From: Felis catus
Lineage: Eukaryota
Reading direction: 5' to 3'
Assembly: GCF_018350175.1 (NCBI RefSeq)
Contig: NC_058368.1
Location: 82,028,001-82,092,000 of the forward strand
Length of the DNA stretch: 64,000 nt
The number at the start of each line of letters is the position of its first letter. The first letter of the stretch is position 1. Positions 14,304 to 27,350 of the stretch are shown piece by piece. A program made the position numbers and the translations under genes. The notes beneath the pieces were generated by a model. The model saw only the letters and a list, made by a program, of their open reading frames with translations, had not been told where the DNA came from and did no database searches.

Positions 14304-14864
14304 ATCATTTCTTCTCACCTCCTGGTGACAGAGCCACCCTCTCTGTGTCCTGGCTAGGCCAGCTGACATTTATTTCTAACATTTTCTTCCCTCTCCCTCT
14401 TGGCCAGATTTCAGATGACGTGAGGGCCACGACGGGTCATCCGGCACACAGAATTAAAGGAGCCCGTGGGTGTGGACTGGCATAGTGAGTAGGGCAGGGA
14501 GGAAGGGCAGGTGTGTGGCACCCACGGAGGCACATCCGGCCGGCAAGCCTCCGGCACTAACTTCATTTAGAGCGACGGTTTTCAACTCCGTTGCCCAGGA
14601 GAACCATCCAGGGAACTTACAAAGAGCCTCCTCTACTCCACAAACTGGTTCACTTGGTCTGAGGTACAGCCTGTACGCTACCAAATATAATCTCCAATAC
14701 TCAGGGCCCCTTTTCCTTACAAAACAAAACCTGTGCTTCCAACAGGAACACGTTAGAATATCATAATGGGAATCACAAGGAAACAAGACTTGATAAAACG
14801 ACAAGAATATTCCCCACAGAAGGTAATGCTTGGGCATCACTTATCTGTTAAGTCAAGGATACTT

Positions 14865-16231
14865 TTTTTTTTTTAATTTATTTTTTAATTTACATCCAAG
14901 TCCGTTAGCACGTAGTGCAACAATGATTTCAGGAGTAGATTCCCTAATGCCCTTTACCCATTTAGCCCATCCCCCCTCCTACAACCCGTCCAGCAACTCT
15001 GTTTGTTCTCGATATTTAAGAGTCTCTTATGTTTTATCTCCCTCCCTGTTATATTATTTTTGCTTCCTTTCCCTTATGTTCATCTGTTTTGTATCTTATA
15101 GTCCTCATATGAGTGAAGTCCTATAGCTCTTTCTCTAATTTCACTTAGCATAATATCCTCCAGTTCTATCCACATAGTTGCAAATGGCAAGATTTCATTC
15201 TTTTTGATTGCTGAGTAATACTCTATTGTATACGTATACCACATCTCCTATATCCATTCATCCATCGATGGACATTTGGGCTCTTTCCATACTCTCTTGT
15301 TAATAGCACTGCTATAGACATTGGGGTGCATGTGCCCCTTCGAAACAGCACTCCTGTATCCCTTGGGTAAATTCCTAGTAGTGCAATTGCTGGGTCGTAG
15401 GGTAGTTCTATTTTTAGTTTTTTGAGGAACCTCCATCCTGTTTTCCAGAGTGGCTGCAGCAGCTTGCATTCCCACCAACAATGCAAAAGAGATCTTTTTT
15501 CTCTGCATCCTCACCAACATCTGTTGTTGCCTGAGTTGTTAGCCACTCTGACAGGTGTGAGGTGGTATCTCATGGTAGTTTTGATTTGTATTTCCCCGAT
15601 GATGAATGATGTTGAGCATTTTTTCATTGTCGGTTGGCCACCTGGATGTCTTCCTTGGAGAAGTGTCTATTCATGTCTTTTGCCCATTTCTTCACTGGAT
15701 TATTTGTTTTTTGGGTGTTGAGTTTGATAAGTTCTTTATAGATTTTGGATATTAAGCCTTTATCCGATATGTCGTTTGCAAATATATTCTCCCATTCCAC
15801 CAGTTGCCTTTTAGTTTTGCTGATTGTTTCCTTCGTTGTGCAGAAGCTTTTTATTTTGATGAGGTCCCAGTAGTTCATTTTTGCTTTTGTTTCCCTTGCC
15901 TCCAGAGACGTGTTGAGTAAGAAGTTGCTGCGGGCAAGATCAGAGAGGTTTTGCCTGCTTTCTCCTCAATGATTTTGATGGCTTCCTGTCTTACATTTAG
16001 GCCTTTCATCCATTTTGAGTTTGCTTTTGTGTCTGGTGTAAGAAAGTGGTCCAGGTTCATTCTTCTGCATGTCGCTGTCCAGTTTTCCCAGCACCATTTG
16101 CCGAAGAGACAGTCTTTATTCCATTGGATATTCTTTCCTGCTTTGTCAAAGATTAGTTGGTCATACGTTTGTGGGTCCATTTCTGGGTTCTCTATTCTGT
16201 TCCATTGACCTGAGTGTCTGTTTTTGTGCCA
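14865..16231 (-). mobile_element. 5'-truncated carnivore LINE-1 (ORF2 C-terminus, 3' UTR, poly-A)
   Basis: Frameshifted ORF2-like peptides ([52 protein letters not shown]); poly-T at left; imperfect TSD taagtcaaggatactt (14849-14864) / taaatcaaagatactt (16232-16247). Confidence 0.93.
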
Positions 16232-16257
16232 TAAATCAAAGATACTTCTATTTCAGT

Positions 16258-16432
16258 GTAGGATTTAGCAAATGCTATCCATAAAATGCCAGATGGTAAA
16301 TATTGCTAGCTCTGCAGGCTGTAGGTCTCTGTTGGCCTGCCGAGCTACACTGCTATGGCGGGAAAGCAGCCACAGACAGGACATGAACAAGTAGACAGGG
16401 GTATGCTCCATGAAGCTTTACTCATAGCAAGA
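16258..16432 (+). mobile_element. MER58-like hAT DNA transposon remnant
   Basis: gccagatggtaaatatt...aaagcagccacagaca...gctccatgaagcttta resembles recalled MER58 consensus. Confidence 0.55.
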
Positions 16433-16773
16433 CACATCTGTGAGCTCTGGGGACAGACAGGCCAGGGCACAACCTAAGCCCCACCGCCTGCCTGCTGGAT
16501 GACCTTGGATGACCTTACTATACACTATTTCTCTGAACCTCAGAGGGTCATGTGGGAATTAACTACAGGAACCTGAGACACATACCTCAGGACGGTATCT
16601 AACACAAAGTGTACAATAAATAACTGGAATTATATACATCATAGACAAGCTTTAAGTTTTTCATAAGAATGGCAGTATTAGTCTCCTTCTGACTCAACCT
16701 CTACACTTTCCTTAGGAAGCCAGACACCCTAGAGCCCTCTCAGACACCTGCATACGTGGAACCTTGCGCCCAC

Positions 16774-16863
16774 CTGGAGCCGTGGGTTGGCAACATGAGG
16801 GTGCTTGAAAGACACGAGCTCTGCACAGGACGCCCCATCTCTGGTGTCAATTGCTTCATAGAC
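16774..16863 (-). CDS. PCID2: PCID2 coding exon 2
   Basis: tttcag|GTC TAT...CTC CAG|gtgggc; [30 protein letters not shown]; 90 nt. Confidence 0.96.
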
Positions 16864-18640
16864 CTGAAACATTTGAACAGAGAAAAGCTAAGTAGAAAAT
16901 AAAATACTTGTAGAACCTAAATAACAGGTTGTATGCCACTAAAATCCATTTTCCCTACTCTGAATCAGGGAGTCACAGTAATAGAAATGCAACAAGTCAG
17001 TACTCTCTTTAGCCAGCAAACAATAACTACATTTCAAAATGAGATCTTTTAGAGGCAAATAAACAGGTGACTTACTGTGAAAAAAAATGAGAAAGCAGCA
17101 TAAGCCAGTGGTTATTAATGAAGGTGAATTATTTTACTTTTACTCAGTCATACTGACACTTGAAAACTTACAAAGCTTATAGGGAGAAAAAAAAAAAAGC
17201 TTAAGAATCATATATACCCAAAAAAAGGCTTTTACTCAACCTACATATAAAAGCAAAAAGGGCATTGGCAACACCTAAAAGAAATGATGTCATAGCCATA
17301 CCACGGGAGACCTGGGCACTGTGAGCAAGAACTAAATAGATCCATCAGTGATGACGCTGGAAAGCATCCATAGTATGTTTACCGTTAAGCAAAAAAAAAA
17401 AAAGAAAAAAAAAAGTCACAGGAAAAATGCCTACCTTAATCTGGGAGGAAAAAAAAAAACAAAAAAAACCCTACATATGTAAGCACAGGAAGAAACACGG
17501 AGCCCACACCATACAGCTGACCCCCTGGCCAGCAGGACCCAGGAGACTTTTCTGTCTGTCCACACTGGAGGCCTGGGTTGCAGCAGACATTTGTAATTAG
17601 AAAAGCAAACGAGGTCTTAAAATTATGTTTACCAAAAGATAACATAAAAATCCCAACCGTATGGGTAGAGAAAGCTGCATATACGGTACGATTTATCTAC
17701 AGTGGGATCAGTTATGTAAACCTCATGTCCATGTAAGACTGCGATCAGGCGTGACATAAAGCAGACTTCAATGGTACACCCACAAGAATGCGCTCGCATT
17801 GCTGCCCAGCAGTGACAGGCAGCAAGACACCTCCGTGCACCTACCAGGAGAGGTGAGCGTGAGAAGGGCGGCTAGACTAGCCGCTCCCAACAACAGACAG
17901 TGAAGGGTGCTGTCCCACACCACTGGCGGGAAGCTGCTGGGAACGCCTGCTGCAGGGCACACACCTGCTCTCCCGCCCCACCCAGTAACCCCCACCTGGC
18001 ATCTCAGCTAGAAGAAATGGACCCAACTCCCGGTCTGTTACACCACTTAGGGCATCACCTAAGACAATAGATGGACTAAAGAATCTGCCATCGACTCTCC
18101 AATGAAACCATGCAAGCACTTAGGTTTGGGGCCAGTAATTCCACTTCTAGGGATTTGCAAGAAACAAGAGATTTGTGCAGGGTTACATCAAATATTATTA
18201 CAAGGAATCACAAAATACTGGTCCTCAAGGAGGCTGATAAAGGCTGCCAAAGTCCCTGTCACCAGAGGGGTGAAGGTGCAAAGGGACAGCAACAGACCAC
18301 GGACAAATCCTAAAAGAACCAACACACTATTCAGGGAACACGAGGACCACAGCCAGCCAGTCACCTGTGTCAGCCACCGTGACATGTCATGTCTCAGAAC
18401 TGTTGGTGTCTTGATTTAGTCAGCCCCCATTAGACCCCGAGGCTGGACTCCAGCAGGACAGCCCGCTCAGCAACTTGCCCTGCAGTGTCCCTGGTGGCCC
18501 GTCTGGGCACTCCCCAGAGAAAGTTCTCTTTCCTGGCTACTGCTGGTCACCTGGTGACCTCCAGGCTCCAAGCTGGTCCATGGAGGCTGGAGGGGGGCAG
18601 GGGAAGAGTCATCTACTCTTGGAACTCGTAATTTCTTTAA

Positions 18641-19244
18641 GTAATCTCTATACCCAATATGGGGCTTGAACTCATGACCCCAAGATCAAGGGCTAGCCAG
18701 GTGCCCCTGGAACTCATAATTTCTTAAAAATACATTTACTAACTCCATCTGCTAACAAGGAAGGCCTAGAGGTAATGATATGCCCCCACCCCCAGTGGCA
18801 ATGAGCACAGCCAGCACCCAGATTTTCTAAACTCCAGTACCTACTGAAAGGAACCAGAGCCGCTGGAAAAGGACTGGTCCAGTGCTGGGACAGGGACAGA
18901 ACTACATGAGCTTGGAGTGGATGTTATTGTATCAGAAAGCAAAGCAGAGCTCAAGGAAGGATGAACACAGGCCAGAAAGCCCCCAGAAACCAGTCTGAAG
19001 GAGTTCTTAGTGGCCAAATCTGGGACAAGCAGAGCTTCAAAAGAATTAAGAATATTCTTTATAACTTTTCAATGTTTATTTTTTGAGAGAGAGTGTGCAC
19101 ATGAGCAGGGGAGGAGGGCAGAGAGAATCCCAAGAAGGCTCTGTGCTATCAGCGTAGAGCCTGACGCGGGCTCAATGTCACAACCATGAGATTGTGACCT
19201 GAGTTAAAATCAAGAGTCAGATGCTTAACTAAGCCACCCAGGCA
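18641..19244 (-). mobile_element. Short CAN-SINE (18641-18707) and CAN-SINE (19065-19244)
   Basis: Antisense SINE motifs; the first is flanked by a ggaactc(g/a)taatttctt direct repeat. Confidence 0.8.
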
Positions 19245-19801
19245 AATAAGGACATTCGTACTATTGGTTCTGGATTATTACTCGGCATTAAAAATGATCT
19301 ATAATAATACATCTTTAAAAAGGAGCATGGGGAAAAGCATTTTTAACAGATGAAATAGTAGCTAATAAACGTAGAAAGAGTGAGAGAATCACCCCTTGGT
19401 AAATATTAACGTAATAGCTCACTTGGGAAAAGACCACAAATGAAAGTGGAGACCATTCTGTAAAAGGGCATAGGGCGGGTGCTCCCAGGCCCCCACAGGA
19501 CCCCCCCCAACACACACAGATTATGACTCGATTACAATGGGAAAAGTACCTTGACCCGGGAGCAACCTGATGGGCAGGTGATCAGCAAGGACCCCTGAGG
19601 CAGCTTCCTGAGGTGAGGCCACAGGAAACCCACGCCAGCCACGTTAACCCAAACCTTAATCATTAAAAGTCAAATAAAGGCCGATGGTGAGAAATCTAGG
19701 ATCCCACTGCCCTGCACATGTTTTAAAAAGTTAATCGTCATAAAATAAATCCCTTCCCAGAAAAAGGCAAGAGTTCTCTTCTAGATTAAAGACCAAAGAG
19801 C

Positions 19802-20575
19802 CGGGTGCCTGGGTGGCTCAGTTGGTTGAGCATCTGACTTTGGCTTAGGTCATGATCTAGCTGTCCGTGAGTTCAAGCCCCGCGTCCAGCTCTGTGCTGA
19901 CAGCTCGGAGCCTGGAGCCTGTTTCAGATTCTGTGTCTCCCTCTCTCTCTGCTCCTCCCCCACTCGTGCTCTGTCTCTCTGTCAAAAATAAATAAACATT
20001 AAAGACCAAAGAGCAAAACAACCAAATGCAGAGTATGATCTGACTGGATCCTGGAGTTAAAGAAGAGGTTCCAAAGAACACTCTGGGTAAACCATGAATT
20101 CTGCTTTAGAAAACACTGATGTAAAATGTCTTGGGTGCTCTATAGGCTGTGCATCGGGACAGCAGAATGGTCCTCAGTGAAGGGCCACAGTCAGTGACTT
20201 CCTTCAAGTAGCTCAGGAGAGAGAAGTGCAGGGCCCAGAGGGAAGGAGGAGGCCGACAGGGTGGCCAGGTGAGGAGTGGACATGTCTTCATTGTACTTCT
20301 TTCAACTTTTCTGTAGCTTTGAAAATTTGCAGAATAAAAAGCTAGGGAAAATGAAAACTGTAAATGTAGACAGTTTTTAAAAAGTAACCTGCTGGGGCGT
20401 CTGGGGGGCTCAGTCAGTGAAGCACCTGACTCTTGATTTTGGCTCCGGCCATGATCTCACGGTTCGTGAGTTCAAGCCCCGCTTTGGGCTCTGTGCGGAC
20501 TGCACTGAGCCTGCTTGGGATTCTCTCTCTCTGTCCCTCTCCCCAAATAAATAAATAAACATTAAAAAAAAAAAA
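19802..20575 (+). mobile_element. Two CAN-SINEs (19802-19997 and 20394-20575)
   Basis: TSDs attaaagaccaaagag and aaaaagtaac respectively. Confidence 0.9.
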
Positions 20576-20687
20576 GTAACTTGCAGTTTGAAATAAGAGT
20601 TTGTAGAACAGACAAAAGAATGATGTAAAGGACACCAAAAAAATAACACCAGCCCTCAAAGAGATGCTAGAGATAACGATGAGATCC

Positions 20688-20776
20688 GCCTTTGGGAGGA
20701 AGTACAGCTATCTGTGGATTTTCAACTGTGTGGGGTCAGCACCCCTAACTCCCACATTGCTCGAGAATCAACTGTA
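20688..20776 (+). mobile_element. Tigger2/MER8-like DNA transposon terminus
   Basis: ggattttcaactgtgtggggtcagcacccctaactcccacattgctcgagaatcaactgTA resembles a TcMar-Tigger terminal repeat followed by TA. Confidence 0.55.
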
Positions 20777-21659
20777 TGTGCAAACTGATCTTTTTCTAAG
20801 TACGACAACAATTCTTAGAAGTAGCATATATGGGGAAATGTAAAGTAAATTAATTCAACCTGTCCTCTCGGAACAGAAATGAAACCATATGCCTGTCGAA
20901 ACGAAGAGCACTAAATAAAAAGGGCCTCAACAGACAAGAGGACATCTTAGCTATGACTGACTGCTGGCAAAGACAGCCCTTTGCGGGCTCTCGAGCTGGG
21001 TGTGCTGGCCCCATGAGGCCCTGACCTCTAGCTCTTTCACTTGGGCCACTGCTCAGGGCTGTTTATGTGGCTGTCACCTTGAGAAATGAAGCAATATCTC
21101 CCCTCATCCCTAACCCTAAACAAAACGCAGGCTTAAATCACTGTTTTCTACAAAATGGGTGGATTCCCAACATTCAGCGTTTCTCTCTTGGATGCAGGTG
21201 CAGGCACCCTTCCAAGCCCACTGAGTCTCCAATGGGAACTGAATCCAAGGGAACCAACAGGCTGACCCCACACTGCCCACCGCACTGGGTTACAGGCCCT
21301 TGGTCTCTGACCCAGGAACGCATGTGTTCTGTGAGCATCCAAGAAACTAACAAGAGAACTCATAAACTTACGAGGAGTAAAACCAAACCCAAGTGCTATT
21401 ATAGCCAACCCAACCCAACCAACCCAAGTGCCAATAGACCCAAGTGCTATTATCAAGTTATCACAGAGAACACAGGAAATGACAGACACATGACTTGTCC
21501 ACGGGTAGTTGCTGGCTGAAGTTACTGTGAAGTACGAAACAAGGAATGGAGTTGTACCCAACTGACAGTCACTGAGATTCAAAAAACAGCATACTTTGGA
21601 GCCTGAGAAATAGGTAGGTTGACTAAAACAGGAAACGTTGGCTGAAACTCAGGCTAACA

Positions 21660-21875
21660 GAGGCAGTGAGCTTTGTGTTAAGGGTATGGACTCTAAGGCC
21701 AGAACTCCCAGTCTGAATGGGCCACATAGTAGACCTGTGACCCTGGAAAACCATTTAACTTCCTCTGTAAAATGAGGCTTGCAATGGACCCACCTCCTAG
21801 AAAAAGCAGTAATCAGTTACTACAAACAACAGTGGTAGGTTCTTAGTAAGAGTTCAACAAGCACTAGTGGTTATT
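21660..21875 (+). mobile_element. MIR SINE
   Basis: gttaagggtatggactct...ctgtgaccctggaaaaccatttaacttcctctgtaaaatgagg resembles the MIR core. Confidence 0.65.
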
Positions 21876-23210
21876 CTTCCCATCACCCAACTACTTCATC
21901 AAGTAAGATTCCCCTGGGAATACAGGAACAGGATCCAGGAAGACTTTGGTGAAACAGAGGACTATGAAACTTGGGCCAGCACCAACTCTAACTTCAGTAC
22001 TCACCAGAATGAGGAGGTCTGAGCATTGGCAAATCACTGCACTTCACTCCCTTCTATCTACCCCCATTTATCCTGTCAACGAATTGTATTGAGCCTCCAC
22101 GTGGGTCAGACTATGTTCAACGCACGCAAAATGCCAAAAAGGATTTAGCTGTGAGCAACAGAATTGTAAAATATTCAGAAAAACATGAAATTCTAGAGAG
22201 TCTCTACTCAAGTTGGTTCTCAAATGTCTTTCCTTCCAGCTTTAAATAAGCTGGTACTAGAAAACCTTAACTCTGCAAAGATACAGCCACAGTAGACTTC
22301 TTAAAAGAAAGGTCTTAGATCTCAATCAAAAGATTGGCAAATGAATGCATACTTGCATGTTTTAAATTTTTTAAAAAGCATGTATCTGTTTTTTCAGGAT
22401 TCCTGTTTTAACTAAATTACCAAATATCTATGAAATGAACGGTCCCAATCATGTCAGACTGTATTCAATTGTCATCTAGATATCTTTATCTAGTTGTCAA
22501 CAGACACCCCCAACTCAACATGTCCAACACCGAGTTTAGTTTTCCCTCCAAATCTGTTCTGCTCATGTGTTGCCCACGCTGGAAATTTGGCACTTATTCT
22601 CCCAGTCCCTCAGCCATAGAATGTTAACGGAACGTTTCCTAAAGACATGTTTAAAATCCACTCCCTCTTTTCCTTATCACCACGGTTCCAGTTCTAGGAA
22701 TGAGCACAGTTTAGTGGACACAATGCAAGTTTTGAATCCATAAACACTTATGCTTTCAGTGGACTCTGCCGTTAATAGGCTGTGAGGACGAAACTCCCGT
22801 GAGATGCATTTCTATACAAAGTCCGCCGGTGCTAACCGTGTCCTCAATGGTTGCTCCACTAGCGCTCGTGGCCGGACCACCTGCCTACCCCATCCCACCA
22901 GTATCTGTCCGGGGTCTTGTCGTTGGGCCAGGCCTTCCACGGCTGAGGCCCCACTGCTCAGCGTGGCTAACAGGCCCTCCGGGTCGGCTAGGACCACGCC
23001 GCACGTCCCTAAATTGAGGTCAACGCTCACCGGTCCGCCCCTGGGCTCCCGGGAAACACCGTCAAGTGTGCCCGTTCAGTCGCCCTCGCTTCCCGTCTGG
23101 CGGCTAAGAGCTCAGGCAGAGAGAGCGGGAGAGACGACTGGCCCCGGCCCACGCGTTCTCGCCAGCGCCGCGGGGCTCGCGCTGCAGACCCCTAGGACGG
23201 AGCGCGTTAC

Positions 23211-23246
23211 CTGCTGCAGGTACTGGTTGATGGTGATGTGCGCCAT
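23211..23246 (-). CDS. PCID2: PCID2 coding exon 1 (PCI domain-containing protein 2, TREX-2 subunit)
   Basis: gccgccATGG Kozak context; MAHITINQYLQQ|gtaacg; 36 nt. Confidence 0.96.
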
Positions 23247-23759
23247 GGCGGCTCCCCTCCACCGGATGTGGGCGCGGCCTGCGCGTCCGGCCACGGCCAC
23301 TTCACTTCCGGCCCGCGGTCCGTCCGGGCCAGCGTCCCTCCGCCCCCGCCTTCCCCGCGCTCTGGTTCCGGAGGGACAGAATCCGCGGGAGCGCGTCCCG
23401 GGCCGGCATGGCGGCACGTCCGGGCTGAGGAAGGCCGGGGTCCGCTCTGCGATTCGCGCCTCTCCTCGGCGAGGACGCCTCGTCCGCGGCCCCTAGGTGC
23501 CCGGGCCTGCCCCGGAGCTGACCGGGCCTGCGCCCCGCCGCCCCCTCGGCTGTCGCAGGTTCCGCACGGAGCGCGGTGGACGCGGCGCGGCCCGGCGCCG
23601 GGTCGGGGTCAGGCCGGGGTCGGGGTCGGGGTCGCGGTCGCGCCCGCCCGGCCGGGCGGCGGTTGGGCGGCCCGGGGCGGTGCTGACGACAGGCCCGCCC
23701 GCCCGCGCGGCCGGGGAGGCGGGACGGGGCGGGGCGCCCGCTGCTTCCCGGCCGCAGCC

Positions 23760-23913
23760 ATGGCCGACGAGACCCCCAGGAAGGGCGCCCTGTCGGCGCT
23801 CGTCGGGCACACCAACGGCCTCACCAAGCCCGCGGCCCTGGCCGCGGCCGCCGTGTCGCCCAAGCCCGCGGGCGGCGGCGGCTCCAGGAAACTAGTCATC
23901 AAGAATTTCCGAG
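23760..23913 (+). CDS. CUL4A: CUL4A coding exon 1 (cullin-4A, CRL4A E3 ligase scaffold)
   Basis: gcagccATGG; MADETPRKGALSALVGHTNGLTKPAALAAAAVSPKPAGGGGSRKLVIKNFR; CGA G|gtgggt; 154 nt. Confidence 0.95.
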
Positions 23914-24247
23914 GTGGGTGCGGGGCGGCCGGCCGGGAAGGAGCGGGGCGGGGGGAGGCGCGGGGGGCCCGGGGTCGCGGCTCCTCCCGCCCGCGGCACC
24001 GGCCAGAGGAACCGGGCCGCCCTGCAGCGCACTTCTTCCGCCGCCAGCGGTACCGGCAGCGTCCTGCTCTCGCGTGCCGGGGTCAGCCGGCGCCTGCGGA
24101 CCTGCGTGCGCTTCCCGCTCGGGGCTCGGCGGCGGCGAAGGCGGAGCGGGGCTCGCGCGGCGGCCCAGCGGACCCGGGGGGGGGGGGGGGGGCGGGAGAT
24201 GGTTCTGTGAAGCGCGCCCGCCTCACTCGGGCTCTCCGGACCCACAG

Positions 24248-24363
24248 ACAGACCCAAACTGCCGGACAACTACACGCAGGACACTTGGCAGAAGCTCCAC
24301 GAGGCGGTGAGAGCCGTGCAGAGCAGCACCTCCATCAGGTACAACCTGGAAGAGCTGTACCAG
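24248..24363 (+). CDS. CUL4A: CUL4A coding exon 2
   Basis: cccacag|AC AGA CCC...TAC CAG|gtgagg; (D)[38 protein letters not shown]; 116 nt. Confidence 0.96.
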
Positions 24364-25199
24364 GTGAGGCCCCGCCGGGGCGGGCGGCGCTGCCGACCCG
24401 CCTCGCTCGCTTGGGTGCTGTCACGGTTGTGTAGGTGACACACCGGTCCAGGGCCAGGAAGTGTGGTGCGGACGCGGGTCGGGTGGTCCTCAGTGTTGTT
24501 TCAGAGTCGGAAATGAGGGAAGTAGCGGGAACGCAAGCATCGGCCTTCCGCAAGAACAGTAAGAGTCCTGGGGCGGCGTGTCCCCCGGGTCATTGCGTGA
24601 TTCATTGGTGGTTGGTGGTTGTGGGATTTTTATTTTCAGGCTTAAGCTGCCTGGAAAGATAAAGTTATGCCATTTCGGGAGAAAGATGTGTTTCTAAGAG
24701 CCACACGACTGTCATACTTTTTTAAATAGACATGATTTGTTGTAACTTCACGGTTACATAGGACACTCTCTGCGCTTCTGGTTCATAGATTTTCTCATTT
24801 TGTGATTGTTGCTATTAAGACATGCAGACAGATTTTGTTACGTTTCATGTAAAGATGTTCCATTTTTAACACAAAAATGGTCAAAAGTACATGTTACTAT
24901 TTGCGTATTCCATTTATAAGCAGACTGGTTTCTCTGATCTTCCATTTGTAAAGAATGGCACTCATCAACTAGTCTGTTATCTATGTTTTAGGTAACAATA
25001 TGATACCACAATTTCTATTAAAGGACTTGAATTAAAATTTTTCTTCTGTTTGCGTGAGTGATTACATCATAAAAACAATGGGGATTACAAAAAAGTACAA
25101 AGAAAAAAATTAAAACTATATATACTCCCATCATCCAAAGAAGACTACTATTGACAGTTTGATACACATACATCCCTTTTTGTCTTAAATCATCATAAG

Positions 25200-27350
25200 T
25201 TTATTCTATTTTTAGATCAACTTTATTAAGGTATAATTTATACATAATGTGTACTTCAATACATTCTATACTGCCGTGTAAATAACCAACACTACAGTCA
25301 AGATGTAGAATGTTTCTACGTGAAAAAGTTTGTCTCTCCCCTGATCCACTCCTTGCAGACCACTGATTTCTGTGGCTATATTCCACCAGTCTAGCATCTC
25401 CCTTAAGCGGAACCTTCATCTTCCACTTGGGATAGTGCTTGGGACTGTCATGCCTACTGTGTGACAGTAATTTGTTTCTTGGTTGCTGAGTAGTGGGTAC
25501 CACCATTTCACCAGCTAACAGGTATTTGGGTTTCCGGCTTGGGGCTGTTATGCATAAAGCTGCTATGAACATTAACAAAGATGATTTGTGTGGACATATG
25601 TTTCATTTATCTTGGGTGAATATCGAGAAGTAGGGGCTCAAAGCCCTAACTTTTTAAGGCATTTCATGTTTTCAGAGTGGCTATACAATTTTTTTTTTTA
25701 AGTTTATTTATTTTGAGAGAGCATGCATGCATGCTTGCTTGCAGGGGAGGGGCAGAGAGAGGGAGAGAGAGAATCCCAAGCAGGCTCTGCACTAAGTGTG
25801 GAACACAACATGGGGCTCGATCTCTGGAACCGTGAGATCGTGACCTAAACCCAAATCAAGAGTGGGCCACTTAACTGACTGAGCCTGCAGGCTCTGGTAT
25901 CTGTACCAGCAGGTGTAGGGGAGCTCCAGGTGTTCTGCAGTCTTGCTAACACGCGCTATTATCAGTCTTTTTGATTTTAGCCACTTGAGTGCGTGTGTAG
26001 CGGTCTTTTGCAATTCCATATGAGTTTTAGAATGTTTGCCAGTTTCTACAAAAAAAGCCGACTAGTGTTTTGATTAGGATCATGTTGAATTCCAGATCAG
26101 TGTGGGGAAAATTGATATCCTGATATCGTGTCTACTGATTGATCACAAGGGACGGCTCTCTGCTTCGTCTTCCTTCATTTCTCTCAGCAGTGCCTTCTAG
26201 TTCCAGTGTGTAGGTCTAATACAGCTTCTATGAGGTTTAGCCCTAAGCATTTCATATTTTTTTTGTTTATTTATTTTTGAGAGACAGAGTGCAAGCAGGG
26301 AGGGACAGAGAGCGAGGGAGACCCAGAATCTGAAGCGGGCAGCTCAGAGCCTGATGTGGGGCTCAAACCCACGAATTGTGAGGTCATGACCTGAGACGAG
26401 GTCAGACGCCTCACTGAGCCACCCAGGCACCCCAAGCATTTCATATTTTTAATTGTATTATAAATAATAGTTTTAATTATTGGTTTTCACTAGTGTATAG
26501 AAATAGAAATTATTTTTATACATTGGTTTGGTATACTGCTCTCTTACCTCTCCTCCAGTGGCTTTTTTGTGGATTCCATCAGGTTTTCTACGTAGACCAT
26601 CATGTCGCCTATGAACAGAGATAAGAGATGGTTTTACTTCTTTCTAATCTGCATGCCTTTTAATTCCTTTTCTTACCTCAGTGCACTGTTCAGAACACCA
26701 GAATGACGATGAGTAGAAGTGGTAAAAGCAGACAGTTTTTGTTTGGTTCCTGATCTCAGTGGGGAAAGCCTTCTTCAGGCTTTCAGCATCGAGTGTGATG
26801 CTGGCTTATCCTAAGTGCCCATCATCGGGTTGAGGAAGCTCCTTTCCATTCCTAATTTGCTGAGAGATTCCCAGAAGCGCATGTTGGACTTTGATGAATT
26901 CTTCTGTAACCGCTGGGGTGGTCATATGACATTTGTTTTCTTAGTTTATCGCATGGATTGACTCTTCATGTGGCAAGCCCATCTGGCAGCTGCAGGACAG
27001 ATCTGAGTTGGCAGTGGTGTGTTACCCTTTTTTGTACTGTGGGATTCAGGTTGCTGTCACTTCATTGGTTTTTGCGTCTGTGGTCATGGAGGATGTTGGT
27101 GTGTTGCTTTCTCGTACTGTATTTGTCTGAGGTTGTCTCAGAAATGAAGGCCTCATAAAGTGAGTTGCGAATGTTCCCTCCTTTTCGTTTTCTAGAAGAG
27201 TTTGTATGGACTTGGTATTATTTTTTCCTTAAATGTTTGAGAGAGTTCCCGGTGAAACCACCTCGGCTTTGTGGAGAATTCGTAAACCACGGACTTCTTT
27301 GGTGGGTTTGGAGCTCTTCGGGTAATTCGTGTCTTCAAGTCTGCTAATCT
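25200..27350 (-). mobile_element. Old, degraded LINE-1 (L1M-type) fragments interrupted by SINEs
   Basis: L1 3'-end-like text (gctgctatgaacatt, ttttagagtggctatac, gatctcagtggggaaagc); T-rich; boundaries approximate. Confidence 0.7.
25688..26432 (-). mobile_element. Two CAN-SINEs (25688-25886 and 26256-26432) inserted in old L1
   Basis: Antisense SINE motifs; the second has TSD aagcatttcatatttt. Confidence 0.88.

Larger units (their letters stand above)
22800..24600. promoter_or_regulatory. CpG island and bidirectional promoter shared by PCID2 and CUL4A
   Basis: Very GC- and CpG-rich, spans both first exons; divergent ATGs at 23246 and 23760; ETS/GABP-like CACTTCCGG at 23303-23311; GC box GGGGCGGGGC just upstream of the CUL4A ATG; no obvious TATA box. 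Confidence 0.9.

Noticed and set aside
15223..16180. Reverse-transcriptase-like ORFs as an active element or domesticated gene
   Set aside because: Frameshifted pieces of a 5'-truncated L1 with no promoter, ORF1 or RT core.
21380..21455. Repeated ACCCAAGTGC units resembling a repeat-spacer array
   Set aside because: Only three irregularly spaced copies in mammalian intronic, probably LTR-derived DNA; simple local duplication, not CRISPR.
23238..24434. 398-aa ORF spanning the promoter and CUL4A exon 1
   Set aside because: Non-ATG start in a stop-poor CpG island with low-complexity R/G/P/A translation; only 23760-23913 matches CUL4A and it ends at a clear donor.
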